Positions 54,053 to 63,878 of a DNA stretch of 64,000 nucleotides are shown one piece after another. Each line of letters starts with the position of its first letter. Positions within the stretch are counted from its first letter, which is position 1. The notes below the pieces were generated by a model. That model was given only the letters and a program-made list of their open reading frames with translations, made no database searches and was not told the DNA's origin. This stretch comes from an uncultured archaeon (lineage in GTDB: Archaea > Asgardarchaeota > Hermodarchaeia > Hermodarchaeales > Hermodarchaeaceae): positions 58,267 to 122,266 of the forward strand of contig CAYFXC010000009.1 in the NCBI GenBank assembly GCA_964347045.1, in the 5' to 3' direction. The position numbers were made by a program, and so were the translations under genes.

Positions 54053-55656
54053 AACATCAAAATGCTAGACCAGAACGTTGAAATTTGATCTCTAGTCTCA
54101 TAGGTTAATAATCCGTAATTCGCTAGTTGTCGGGTTCCTCGTTGAACATGTTCTGCACTGAATGGGCGCCTTATCCAATTCGCACGTTCAGCAATTTCAT
54201 CTAGTTTTTGTCGAAAGAAAGGGTTTGATCGGATTTCAGTACGCAGAAGCTGAATCAGTTGCTCTCCGAAAACCTCGTCAAAGAAGTTTACATGATATCG
54301 AGTCGCCACGGCTCCTTGAATCTTTAATGGGGGAATCACACCATATTGTCCTTCGCCTTGACCAATTTTAACGATAAAAACAGGGACCACAACCTGCATT
54401 AAGGGTAGATATCCCTGCAATGTATCAGCTGAAGCACTGATGGCTTCAAACCGCCGGTGTTCCTGTTCTACTTTATTTTTCAAGTTTTGGATTGTATCCT
54501 TTAAGGCAGCATGTAATTTAATAATGGCTTCTCGAATCATGTCCAACTCTGATAACTGAGCACTTGTTGCAACTTCTGGAGGTGTTGACTCGGAATATAC
54601 AAGTGTACCACTCGGAAATGGTGGTGGAGTTGTTTCCTGTGAAGATCTGATTGTTGATTGATCACGAACCCATTCATATCGAGTTCGCGCATCGCGTAAC
54701 TCTTCTGTTTTTTCATCCAATTCCGTCAGGGCTTGTTGTATCGATAGTTGAAAAACATTAGCTGTGTTTTCTAATTCCACTAAACGGGTTTTCACATTAG
54801 CAATATGCCATTCGACTTCTTTGGGTTTTGCCTTAATTGAGCTGACGAGTCGTCGACATTGCTCAGTTGAGAGGCCAAGAGTGTTGGCTAATTTACTGAC
54901 AACTTCTGCTAATTCCTTTGAGATTCGCTCTTTTGCTTTATCAAGTTCCATTGTTGGTTCGTCTGCAAAAAATGAGGGTTGTGGTTCGCTTTCAATTTGT
55001 CGAGCTTCCCAGCGAAGAGAAGCCCCATGTGACATCCGATCCCGGCGTGCGTCTAGCAATCGGATATTTTCTTCAACAAATTCATCAACTAAATTCTCCG
55101 CTTGGCTCAGTTGGGATAGATTTCCGTCTAAGCGAGCCCTTTCATTTCTGAATAGAATGCCTACATCATGAATTTCCTTTGTAGATAATCGAGATTGTAA
55201 ACAAACCTCATCCCCAGGAGGTGGGATGGCAGAATCAACTAAGACTCGAAGCGGATCAATCATAGTGGGCAACATAGCATTTCGGATTACGATCAATTCC
55301 GTTGCGGGCTTCTCGAAGGCTTGAATAAATTCCCCTAATAATTTTGGAACTAGCTCTATTCTTTCAACGTTTCTAAGATCTGCACGCATTTGTACTAATG
55401 ATGGAATGGATGAGTGGCGAACCGAAATGGTGGGCTCCCCTACACCACTAATAATCAGACTACGTCCCGGCAAAGCATGAACGAGGTAAAAGGGCAAATA
55501 AACCTGAGAAAAATAGGTAAAGGGAGTGGGTTCTTTGATCTGTTTCTGTAAAAACATTAAAGCAGTGGCTAGATCGGCTTCAGGTGTTGATGAAAAACCA
55601 TCTTTCATGGCTTCAGGGGGCCCTTGAATGAACGCCGCAACCTTAGTAATTGCCAC
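54049..55656 (-). CDS. Hypothetical protein with central coiled coils
   Basis: 535 aa; beta-type termini (VYLPFYLV; VVVPVFIV..YGVIPP) flanking long helical segments. Confidence 0.75.
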   Translation of the reverse strand: MAITKVAAFIQGPPEAMKDGFSSTPEADLATALMFLQKQIKEPTPFTYFSQVYLPFYLVHALPGRSLIISGVGEPTISVRHSSIPSLVQMRADLRNVERIELVPKLLGEFIQAFEKPATELIVIRNAMLPTMIDPLRVLVDSAIPPPGDEVCLQSRLSTKEIHDVGILFRNERARLDGNLSQLSQAENLVDEFVEENIRLLDARRDRMSHGASLRWEARQIESEPQPSFFADEPTMELDKAKERISKELAEVVSKLANTLGLSTEQCRRLVSSIKAKPKEVEWHIANVKTRLVELENTANVFQLSIQQALTELDEKTEELRDARTRYEWVRDQSTIRSSQETTPPPFPSGTLVYSESTPPEVATSAQLSELDMIREAIIKLHAALKDTIQNLKNKVEQEHRRFEAISASADTLQGYLPLMQVVVPVFIVKIGQGEGQYGVIPPLKIQGAVATRYHVNFFDEVFGEQLIQLLRTEIRSNPFFRQKLDEIAERANWIRRPFSAEHVQRGTRQLANYGLLTYETRDQISTFWSSILMF

Positions 55657-55787
55657 CTTATCACCCTATCCACATGCTGGATGATAGTCTTGCCGCTAAA
55701 AAGACACAACGAAGGGGCAAAGTATAATCTTTTTGGCTAATGACCTCCTCATGAGTACGTTATACAAATATTCGGAAATGAATACTA

Positions 55788-57161
55788 ATGACTCAGCAAA
55801 TTGTAATTATCGGATGTGGCACCGCTGGTACGGCTTCTACTTTAATGGCACGCAAAACAAATCGTGATGCGACCATAAGAATAATTCAAGATGAGGAGAT
55901 TCCAGAATATAGTCGATGTGGGCTTCCATATACGGTTAATCGGGTTATCCCGCAATTTGAAGATGTTATCATCCACCCAGTCTCCTTCTACACTGGTAAA
56001 TTAGTACGTGCAGATTTACGCTTGGCTACAAAAGCTTCAAAAGTTGATCCGAAAAAGAAAACCCTCATTTTAGAAAATGCAGATGGAAACTCTGAATCCA
56101 TCTCCTATGATGCATTAATTTTTGCAACTGGAGCTCGACCAAGTACACCACGTATAGATGGCTTGGATGCTTCACATGTTCATCGGTTACATACATTAAA
56201 TGATGCCATGCAACTTCAATCAGTGGCTCAAAGAGGTAAACGAGTAGCCATAATAGGTGCAGGGCTTGTTGGGCTTGAAACGGCTGAAGCCTTACACACC
56301 ATGGGGCTGAAAATTACCATAATTGAATTCCTTCATCAGGTGCTTCCTGCGGTGGTTGATGAAGAAATGGCTAAACTTGTCCAAGAGAAAATGGAAGGCG
56401 AAGGCATCAGCGTTAAACTTGGAACGACAGCAAAAAAGGTCTCAAAGACCCATGTTGTTGTTTCTGATCGACAAACAAATACTGAAGAGATAATCTCAGC
56501 TGATATTGTTGTGGTAGCGACTGGTGTGCGAGCAAACACGAACCTAGCTAAAGATGCTGGGATTCAGCTGGGTGAACGCGGTGGCATACTTGTTGATAAT
56601 CGTATGCAAACGAATTTTCCTGATATCTATGCAGCAGGTGATTGTGCAGAACATCACGACTTGGTGACAGGGCAAAGTATTGTCTCGGGTTTAGGCAGTA
56701 TTGCGCTTCGACAAGGCGAAGTTGCTGGTATAAATGCTGCCGGTGGAAATGCCGAATTACCAGGCGTGGTTTTAGCCAGAACCACTCTTCTCTTTGGGCT
56801 AGAAATCGCAGGAGTGGGACCCACTCGAATCACTGCTGAAAATGCGAATCTCTCAATACTTGCTGGGAAATTTAAAGGTAGTCGAACGGCTGAATACTAT
56901 CCAAGTGAAGAGGATGTCACAATCAAACTTCTAGCTGATAAAGAAACAGGACGCTTGATTGGCGGGCAAGTCATAGGTCCATGTGCACACCAGCGAGTTA
57001 ATGTTCTCAGTGCTGCCCTATTTGCGAAAATGACTATTCGACAGGTTGCAGATCTTGAAACCTGTTATGCACCGCCTGTCGCCCCAATTCGTGAACCACT
57101 GACCATGGCGGCACAAGTTTTGGCTCTTCGATATGAACGAATGAAACAAAAACAAGACTGA
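55788..57161 (+). CDS. FAD-dependent pyridine nucleotide-disulfide oxidoreductase (CoA-disulfide reductase/NADH oxidase family)
   Basis: IIGCGTAG, YSRCGLPY (redox Cys), ATGA, IIGAGLVGLE, TNFPDIYAAGD, CYAPP. Confidence 0.9.
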   Translation: MTQQIVIIGCGTAGTASTLMARKTNRDATIRIIQDEEIPEYSRCGLPYTVNRVIPQFEDVIIHPVSFYTGKLVRADLRLATKASKVDPKKKTLILENADGNSESISYDALIFATGARPSTPRIDGLDASHVHRLHTLNDAMQLQSVAQRGKRVAIIGAGLVGLETAEALHTMGLKITIIEFLHQVLPAVVDEEMAKLVQEKMEGEGISVKLGTTAKKVSKTHVVVSDRQTNTEEIISADIVVVATGVRANTNLAKDAGIQLGERGGILVDNRMQTNFPDIYAAGDCAEHHDLVTGQSIVSGLGSIALRQGEVAGINAAGGNAELPGVVLARTTLLFGLEIAGVGPTRITAENANLSILAGKFKGSRTAEYYPSEEDVTIKLLADKETGRLIGGQVIGPCAHQRVNVLSAALFAKMTIRQVADLETCYAPPVAPIREPLTMAAQVLALRYERMKQKQD

Positions 57162-57184
57162 TTAGCATCAATTTGTCATTGGAT

Positions 57185-57433
57185 TTACCCAACTTCAATG
57201 TAATGAACTGAGCATGAGATACAGGGGTCATATGCTCGAAGGAGCATATTTAATTGAAGTTCTGCTTCTTCAGGAGATTTACCCTTCAGTTGGGGAATCA
57301 TTGCGTGAACATCGGCTTCGATGTTTGAATAATTCATTGCTGTTGGAGTGATGATGTTTGCTCCCGTGACTTTTCCTTTTTCGTCAATAGAATAGCTATG
57401 AATAAGGACTCCTCGTGGTGCTTCAACTGCCAC
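57185..57433 (-). CDS. Stand-alone C-terminal fragment of a group 3 [NiFe]-hydrogenase large subunit
   Basis: VEAPRG.LIH.Y, ANIITPTA.N, RAYDPCISCSVH plus short tail; in-frame TGA 16 codons upstream, and a divergent gene starts 150 bp away. Confidence 0.75.
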   Translation of the reverse strand: MAVEAPRGVLIHSYSIDEKGKVTGANIITPTAMNYSNIEADVHAMIPQLKGKSPEEAELQLNMLLRAYDPCISCSVHYIEVG

Positions 57434-57583
57434 GGCACTTTGCAGGTTTTTTCCCTTTTGAAGTGACCACGAAGAAACTCAGTTGATTTATAAGCTACCC
57501 CATAAGCGATAAAGAAATAATTAGGAATTCCCTAAGAGAGGAAGAGTAGTGAAGGTTACATTCGTCTAAATCGGGGTTATTCT

Positions 57584-59476
57584 ATGGAGGTAAATAGACA
57601 ACATGAGTCTGAACCGACCAAACGGCCTTCTCTTGCCGAACTCTTACATGTTTCTCCATATGCGGTAAGTCTATACTTCGAATTGGCTGCTGAATCAATT
57701 CCTTATGCAAAAACAGAGATTCAGGAAAATCAGGGATTAACCGCAAAGAAGGCTAGCGAATTTTTAAATGAGCTTCAGACTTGTGGATTGGTCCGACGCA
57801 ATCCAGACGAAACGTATGAAGCGGTGGCACCCATTGAAGCGGTCATGATCGCACTTACTCGTGTACGTGATCTACTTCGGCAACTTCGTAATGACTTTCC
57901 CGAACGAATCGAAACTGGCGTTCCAAGAATTGAAGCAACATTAAGAAAAGAAGTGGAAACCCTTCCATACCAGCTAGAGGCTCTTCGAACTAACATTGAT
58001 AGATCGATGGATGCGGCCTTTGAAAGTTTTCGCGGAATAGCTCATACCCTTCAATCGTCAACAACTTTTGAAGCTTTTGCAGGTGATCTCCAAGCTCAGC
58101 TTCTTTCTGAAGTTGATGAACGAATGATGGAAACACGCAATCAACTAAATGATTTTGAATCAATTGATTCCTTCATCAATGTTCTTAATAAATTGAAAAA
58201 CGATGTTTTTGACATCGTTAATATTTCACTGTCTGATATGCGAGAACAATCCTTCCGGCTTCATGAACTAGATGACTTCCGGGAAACTCTTATTGAACTC
58301 TGGAATGTCACTCCCTCCATCGTTGAGGAACACTTAGCTGAATTTGAACAAGAAATGAGCTTATTGGAAGCTTCTCTAGGGGAATTGATGGAAACAAAAT
58401 ATCGGCTAGGCGCTTTCAAAGGGGTTATCGAAAATTTTGCTCGAGATCATATCATGACTGCTGTAAATCGATTGAAGGCTGATTTTCAAGTTTCTCTAAC
58501 AGAAGCGATCCAAGATCACTTAAAAGAAGCTCAGGAGCGTTTCGAAGAAGTAGCGAAAGTGGCTCATCACGAATTTGATAAGTTACGAGAACAACTTGCC
58601 GAATGGGTCCATAATGCACTAAATCTCGCCTTCAGCGAAGTAATTCAACGTAGTCAAAAAGCTTCTACAAATCTTGCCGATCGTTTGGCGGATCTTACAC
58701 AGACTTTTCAACAAAGATTTACTACAGGGCTTGATGATTCTGTGAAAAAAGTCAAACTACAGGCGCGAGAACTTGACACACAACTGGCTCAGATTCCTGA
58801 TATTCTTGACCAATTGCGAGACCAGCAATTCACTCCGCAACTAGATCAAATGATTGTACAAAGTGAACATCACTTAACGAAAATCACTCATGACTTACCC
58901 AAATCCTTCTCTGAGTGGCGCAATGGTTACATTCGATCCGCCAATGCACAAATCTCTTCACTCCTTCAGGAAGCAGAAGGCCATGTATCTATTGCAACAC
59001 AAAGTGTAAACCAAATTTGGCGGAGATCTAAGGAATCTGAACCTACAACCTTTAACCTCTACCAATTTGTGATTGGTGAAAAAGAGTTTCAATCATATAC
59101 AGCAAGTCAAATTGCACGAGCCCGAAGTCAGCTTTTCATCATTCTTCCACGGGCAATCCGACTAAAAGTCAAACTTTTGAATATGATTCCCAGTGATGTT
59201 CGTGTACGCATCGTTGTGGCTGATCCACCCGCTTCTAAAACTGTCCAAAGCATACAGCGTATTGCTGCTAAAAACTCAAATTTCCAAGTTCGTCATGATC
59301 CTCGTGGAGATATCTGGGGTGTCATTCATGACTCGGAAGAAATCATCTTAGGTAACACCTCAAAGGGCACAGCAAATGTCGTGGGTATTGCATCAAGTCA
59401 TGAAGATCATGTTGTACTGCTTCGTACGATAATGGAAACGCGCTGGTTACACGCCCGCGCCCTATCATCAAAATAG
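57584..59476 (+). CDS. TrmB-like regulator with long central helical/coiled-coil insertion
   Basis: N-terminal wHTH (VSPYAVSLY...LNELQTCGLV...YEAVAP); ~400-aa amphipathic helices; C-terminal PLD-like effector domain (RARSQLFIILP...VRIV...DSEEIILG). Confidence 0.75.
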   Translation: MEVNRQHESEPTKRPSLAELLHVSPYAVSLYFELAAESIPYAKTEIQENQGLTAKKASEFLNELQTCGLVRRNPDETYEAVAPIEAVMIALTRVRDLLRQLRNDFPERIETGVPRIEATLRKEVETLPYQLEALRTNIDRSMDAAFESFRGIAHTLQSSTTFEAFAGDLQAQLLSEVDERMMETRNQLNDFESIDSFINVLNKLKNDVFDIVNISLSDMREQSFRLHELDDFRETLIELWNVTPSIVEEHLAEFEQEMSLLEASLGELMETKYRLGAFKGVIENFARDHIMTAVNRLKADFQVSLTEAIQDHLKEAQERFEEVAKVAHHEFDKLREQLAEWVHNALNLAFSEVIQRSQKASTNLADRLADLTQTFQQRFTTGLDDSVKKVKLQARELDTQLAQIPDILDQLRDQQFTPQLDQMIVQSEHHLTKITHDLPKSFSEWRNGYIRSANAQISSLLQEAEGHVSIATQSVNQIWRRSKESEPTTFNLYQFVIGEKEFQSYTASQIARARSQLFIILPRAIRLKVKLLNMIPSDVRVRIVVADPPASKTVQSIQRIAAKNSNFQVRHDPRGDIWGVIHDSEEIILGNTSKGTANVVGIASSHEDHVVLLRTIMETRWLHARALSSK

Positions 59477-59675
59477 ATATCGAAATCGATGACCTTTTAA
59501 TAAGAAGACAATACGAGTTGCTTTAGCAGTCACCTAATGCACAAAACAAGAACCGGTGAAATACCTCATGATTACCCGAAATATTTTGGAAGAAATATTT
59601 CCAATTCCAAAAAGGTTTCACACACTTTCTTCAGGAATTTAGTAAAATGGCTAGTCGAACCAGCGGCGAAAAAGC

Positions 59676-60491
59676 ATGATGCTTCGTATCGAACTCCTAA
59701 TCATCGGTAATGAAATTCTTTCTGGACATACTCTAGATACGAATTCACAATGGTTAGCACAACGTCTTCTTGAACTTAATTTACCAGTCAATCAAATACT
59801 CATCATCGAAGACCGCGTTGATACCATTTCCGAAGCCATCAAGGCAAGTCTCGAACGTCAAACCACTATCCTCATTACCAGTGGAGGTTTAGGACCTACA
59901 TTTGATGATCTCACAGCTGAAGGATTAGCTCTCGCCGCAGAAGCGCCTTTCCAACTCAATCCAGAGGCTTTATCAATGGTTAAAAAACGCTATGAAGAAC
60001 TCAAAGCTCTGGGGCTTGTTGAGTCAAGTAATATCACTTCCCCTCGAGAGAAGATGGCATGGCTCCCTAATGGTGCTAGACCTCTTCCCAACAGTATTGG
60101 CTCAGCACCGGGTATCTACCTACAATTGAATAATACCCATGTATATTGCCTTCCTGGCGTTCCACAAGAGTTGTATTCGGTGTTCATGGAAGGTGTAGCA
60201 CCAATGATTGCTTCCTTTGTTGAGAAAGCCACAATAGCGCAAGTCATTCAGGTTCCCATTCTCGACGAATCCGTTCTCGCTCCAATAATTGACTCTGTCT
60301 TAGACGAATCTCAGGGTGTTTATGTCAAATCCCTTCCTCGACCCTATCAAAGTCATCAACCTCTCCAAATAGCAATTACCGCAACTGCTTCAACAAAATC
60401 ATTAGCAAAAGGACTCCTCTCAACTACAATTGCTAAACTCAAGGAAATCACGTTTGCACATCGACAAATTGAGTTACCGCTAGATGATTAA
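59676..60491 (+). CDS. CinA-like / molybdopterin-binding domain protein
   Basis: IGNEILSG...DTNS.WLA, TSGGLGPTFDDLT, KMAWLP..A..LPN.IG.APG, LPGVP.E. Confidence 0.9.
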   Translation: MMLRIELLIIGNEILSGHTLDTNSQWLAQRLLELNLPVNQILIIEDRVDTISEAIKASLERQTTILITSGGLGPTFDDLTAEGLALAAEAPFQLNPEALSMVKKRYEELKALGLVESSNITSPREKMAWLPNGARPLPNSIGSAPGIYLQLNNTHVYCLPGVPQELYSVFMEGVAPMIASFVEKATIAQVIQVPILDESVLAPIIDSVLDESQGVYVKSLPRPYQSHQPLQIAITATASTKSLAKGLLSTTIAKLKEITFAHRQIELPLDD

Positions 60492-60531
60492 AAATTCTTA
60501 ATATTTTTTTAGGCGAAAAAAGGCCGAATCC

Positions 60532-60744
60532 CTATTCGTCTCCAAGTTCTAGCCCAAGAACTTCATCTAATTTGTGATTGGTTTTCTTTTCTAAATGCTC
60601 CAAGGCTTGTTTAAGAAGATCTTTAACAGTACGACTACTTTGAGGATGTTCTTTCTTCCATGCAAGGAATGAATCTACGAGTTCAAGGGCATCAATCACT
60701 CCTCGCCTATAACGGGGATCAAGATTGTCCGATTGAATTGACAT
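60532..60744 (-). CDS. Small hypothetical helical protein
   Basis: SD ggtgaagga before ATG; 70 aa; divergent from the Lrp gene. Confidence 0.6.
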   Translation of the reverse strand: MSIQSDNLDPRYRRGVIDALELVDSFLAWKKEHPQSSRTVKDLLKQALEHLEKKTNHKLDEVLGLELGDE

Positions 60745-60987
60745 ATATCCTTCACCAAGTGAAATCAGTATCCAGTAACAGGACTTCTAATTCTTAAATT
60801 TAAAGCTTATCCCAGAAACCTCACCTCCAATGACTTCTCCACAAAGCCACGAAATTCTGGTTTCGAATTCCTTGATAACCCAAAATAAGGTTAGAAGGCA
60901 TCGGACTACTTAAAAGCGCTCATTGGAAAAATCCTACTTGAGGAGTCCTACTCCACATGGAGCATGCACGAAAGGGGAATCTAATCC

Positions 60988-61467
60988 ATGCTCGATGATA
61001 AAGATCGAAAGATTCTACGTGAACTTGAGCGTGACTGTCGTCAACGCACAAACGCCATTGCGAAGGCTACCAACATACCGGTTACAACTGTTCATAACCG
61101 CATTAAAAAACTCTCCAGCTCTGGGCATATCAATTCTTTTCGAGCTGTGCTAGATCCCAATAAACTGGAAAAACCCCTCGTCTCCTTTGTTTTTGTCTCA
61201 CTAAACCGAAATTCCGCCGAACAAAACAAGTCCACAACGGATCGTGAGCTTATCGCAAAAATCGCCTCCCACCCAGCAGTCCAAGAAGTACATACGGTGA
61301 CAGGAGATTGGGACTTATTACTGAAAATTCGGGCAAAAGATATCGGAGAACTCGAAGACATCATCACCTCAGAATTACGTGAACCCAAACTCATAGAACG
61401 AGCTCAAACCATTTGCGCAATGGCAACCTACAAAGAAACAACTAATCTCATATACAATGGTTGCTAG
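60988..61467 (+). CDS. Lrp/AsnC-family transcriptional regulator
   Basis: LDDKDRKIL..L..D.R....IA......TTVHNRIKKL; V.EVH.VTG.WDLLLK. Confidence 0.93.
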   Translation: MLDDKDRKILRELERDCRQRTNAIAKATNIPVTTVHNRIKKLSSSGHINSFRAVLDPNKLEKPLVSFVFVSLNRNSAEQNKSTTDRELIAKIASHPAVQEVHTVTGDWDLLLKIRAKDIGELEDIITSELREPKLIERAQTICAMATYKETTNLIYNGC

Positions 61468-61480
61468 ACATCCATAGATA

Positions 61481-62101
61481 ATGAAACCACTTTTTCTCGC
61501 GTCTAATTCCCCACGTCGTGCGGCCTTACTTTTGCAGCTTGAACTAGATTTTGAAGTTCGTGCGCCGAAAATCAACGAAAGAATTCTTAATACCGGATCT
61601 GATGATGACATTATCACCATCGTCTGTGAAAATGCATTACAAAAGGTTCTCAGCATTATTTCTACAATTGAAACCGGTCTAATTATCGGGGGTGACACTC
61701 TCGTTGTCACTGATGAAAATTTGGTTCTAGGTAAGCCCAAAACAACTGACGAAGCTCTCCAAATGCTTGACAAACTAGTGGGCAAAACTCACCGAGTAAT
61801 TTCTGCTGTCGCTATTGTCGATGTTTCAACACAGGAGAGAAAAGTGGGTCACATTTGGACAAAAGTTGTATTCCGGAATATCACAAGAGAAGAACTTTAT
61901 CAATATGTTCTCACTCAAGAACCAATAGGAAAAGCCGGTGGCTATGCGATTCAAGGGAAAGGTAGCTGTTTAATTGATTCCATTGATGGAAGCTACACAG
62001 CTGTAATTGGGCTCCCAATGGAATTGGTTGTCTCATTTCTCAAACAATTTGGAATCCAACCAAAAAGCACTGAGTGGCTTAAGAATCCGGAACAAAGCTA
62101 G
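61481..62101 (+). CDS. maf: Maf-family nucleoside triphosphate pyrophosphatase
   Basis: LASNSPRR, IIGGDTLV...LGKP, H.VIS, GKAGGYAIQG, G.Y..VIGLP. Confidence 0.93.
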   Translation: MKPLFLASNSPRRAALLLQLELDFEVRAPKINERILNTGSDDDIITIVCENALQKVLSIISTIETGLIIGGDTLVVTDENLVLGKPKTTDEALQMLDKLVGKTHRVISAVAIVDVSTQERKVGHIWTKVVFRNITREELYQYVLTQEPIGKAGGYAIQGKGSCLIDSIDGSYTAVIGLPMELVVSFLKQFGIQPKSTEWLKNPEQS

Positions 62102-62675
62102 AAGCAATCAGATGGGCGACGCGGATCGGTTCTGGAATCCGGCTCCTTGTGGCTGTTTTTTGTACTATTTCTACTGCCAGCTTAAATGTGATCCCTTTCC
62201 ACTGGATATATACTGGAGCACGACCTGGATATGATTCTATTTCACGTATCGGACCCGAATTAGAAAGTCTATTTAGCTTCTCTTCCCAGGCATTTTTGTC
62301 AAATTGCTTAAGGGCTTTTTTCACTCGTCTCATCTCAGGCCTAGAATCAGAAACAGCTATCACTGGCAATTTTGTAGCCTTAAATAACCCTTGAAGATCC
62401 AGCACGTTTACCCCACCAAAAATCGTATCACGCGTCATAATTACACGAAGTTGCTCATAATGTGTCGAGGTTTTCACCATTTTTGCAAGCTGTGAAGTGA
62501 CATCATTGCCATCAACGCGAATAGGTATCTGGATGCAACCTTCCATCCACTCACCTCCACGGTACACTACACCCACAAGCCGTGTCCATTCGTCACGACC
62601 CCGCTCAAACCGAGCATCATCCACACCGAATATCCGAATCTCTCGTTTGACTTGTCGAATCTCCAAAATAACCAC
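62079..62675 (-). CDS. DUF99 / endonuclease V-like protein
   Basis: IRIFGVDD, VGVVYRG, VDG.D.T, FGGVNVLD, PVIAV, IPEPIRVAHLIA. Confidence 0.88.
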   Translation of the reverse strand: MVILEIRQVKREIRIFGVDDARFERGRDEWTRLVGVVYRGGEWMEGCIQIPIRVDGNDVTSQLAKMVKTSTHYEQLRVIMTRDTIFGGVNVLDLQGLFKATKLPVIAVSDSRPEMRRVKKALKQFDKNAWEEKLNRLSNSGPIREIESYPGRAPVYIQWKGITFKLAVEIVQKTATRSRIPEPIRVAHLIASSFVPDS

Positions 62676-62820
62676 CGAACACTTAGTATCTTGTCATGTA
62701 CTACTATAATGCTATTGAGAGTAACTTCAAGGATACGCCAAGTCAAATTGAATGATACTAAATCGAATGGTTTCACGTCAAGAATGTAGGGTATAATATA
62801 CTTTTTTGGTAATGATATGA

Positions 62821-63873
62821 GTGAGTATGAAGGTTGAAAAATATCTGAAAGAGATGGAGTATCGCGGTCTATCCCCGCACACGATTTACAGTCGCCGGCA
62901 TGTCCTCACCGCTTTTACAAGGGAAATCGGGAAGCCTATCCCAAGCGTTTCCCGCGAACAGGTCTTGGAGTGGATCGCGAGCCGGAACCTGAGCAAATCC
63001 ACGCAACGCCAATACCGGCATTGGTTTAATGCGTTTTTTGAGTGGGCGAAGGTTCCGATTGAGTTACCTGAATTGAAGGTGAAGAAGAAGCTGCTTCGCC
63101 GGGAAGATCTGGTCACGCCGGAAGAAGTCAAACGGCTTCTTGAGATGGCGGATCATCCCCGGGATCGCGCATTAATCCACGTGCTCTATGAAACGGGTGC
63201 CCGGGCCAGTGAAGTCTTGGGCATTAAACTTCAGGATATCGAATTCGGTGAAACTCTGACCCGGATCCGCTTGGATGGAAAAACCGGGCCTCGAATCGTG
63301 CCGGTATTCGAGTGTGTCGGAAACTTGCAAATGTGGCTGAATTATTGTCGACCCCTAAAACCAACTGAAGGGATCTGGCAGGGTCGATATGGTCCGATAT
63401 CGAATGTTCGACTTGGCCAGATCATGCGAACCCTGAGCATGAAAGCCCTTGGGCGCCGAATTTCACCGCATAAGCTTCGCCATAGCTGTGCCACTGAATT
63501 GCTGAAGAACCCACATTTTACCGAGGCCCTCATTAGGCTGCGGTTCGGTTGGACGCAAAGCAGCCCGATCATTGAACGTTATTCACACTTAGTCGACCAG
63601 GACTTAGAAAACGCGACACTAGCCGCATATGGCATGAAGCCCAACAACGAGCCGGTTGCTCGTCCTTTGCATCCAGTGACCTGTTCGCGCTGCCAGGCTA
63701 GTAATCCGGTTGGTGCCAGGTATTGCAATCGATGCAGCCTAGTCCTAGATGTTGAGGAAGCCCAACGCATCGAAAAACGCGATCAGGAAGTGTTGGACTT
63801 TATCGAATATCTCGTTCTTCACCGTCCGGATATGGTTCGGCGGTTAGCCCATGATATGCGAAAAGGGAGGTGA
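62821..63873 (+). CDS. Tyrosine recombinase/integrase with C-terminal zinc ribbon
   Basis: ETGARASE (R), DGKTG (K), HKLRH (HxxR), FGW, ERY (Tyr); CSRC...CNRC; SAM-like N-terminal domain. Confidence 0.92.
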   Translation: MSMKVEKYLKEMEYRGLSPHTIYSRRHVLTAFTREIGKPIPSVSREQVLEWIASRNLSKSTQRQYRHWFNAFFEWAKVPIELPELKVKKKLLRREDLVTPEEVKRLLEMADHPRDRALIHVLYETGARASEVLGIKLQDIEFGETLTRIRLDGKTGPRIVPVFECVGNLQMWLNYCRPLKPTEGIWQGRYGPISNVRLGQIMRTLSMKALGRRISPHKLRHSCATELLKNPHFTEALIRLRFGWTQSSPIIERYSHLVDQDLENATLAAYGMKPNNEPVARPLHPVTCSRCQASNPVGARYCNRCSLVLDVEEAQRIEKRDQEVLDFIEYLVLHRPDMVRRLAHDMRKGR

Positions 63874-63878
63874 TCCCT

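Noticed and set aside
57434-57490. Programmed frameshift or Sec readthrough extending the hydrogenase fragment (AAAAGGGAAAAAAC run, in-frame TGA)
   Set aside because: The upstream GTG frame would need a +1 shift and adds only about a dozen residues. A TAA lies three codons before the TGA, and there is no space for the rest of the subunit.
62695-62815. dif-like Xer site upstream of the recombinase
   Set aside because: TATAA-N6 left arms exist, but the right arms lack the TTA-type inverted match; TATA boxes explain them equally well.
1464-63770. Many 60-200 aa antisense or alternate-frame ORFs in the track (e.g. 1464-2009, 8964-9575, 27879-28430, 61375-61785)
   Set aside because: They overlap well-supported genes and show no motifs; treated as shadow ORFs.
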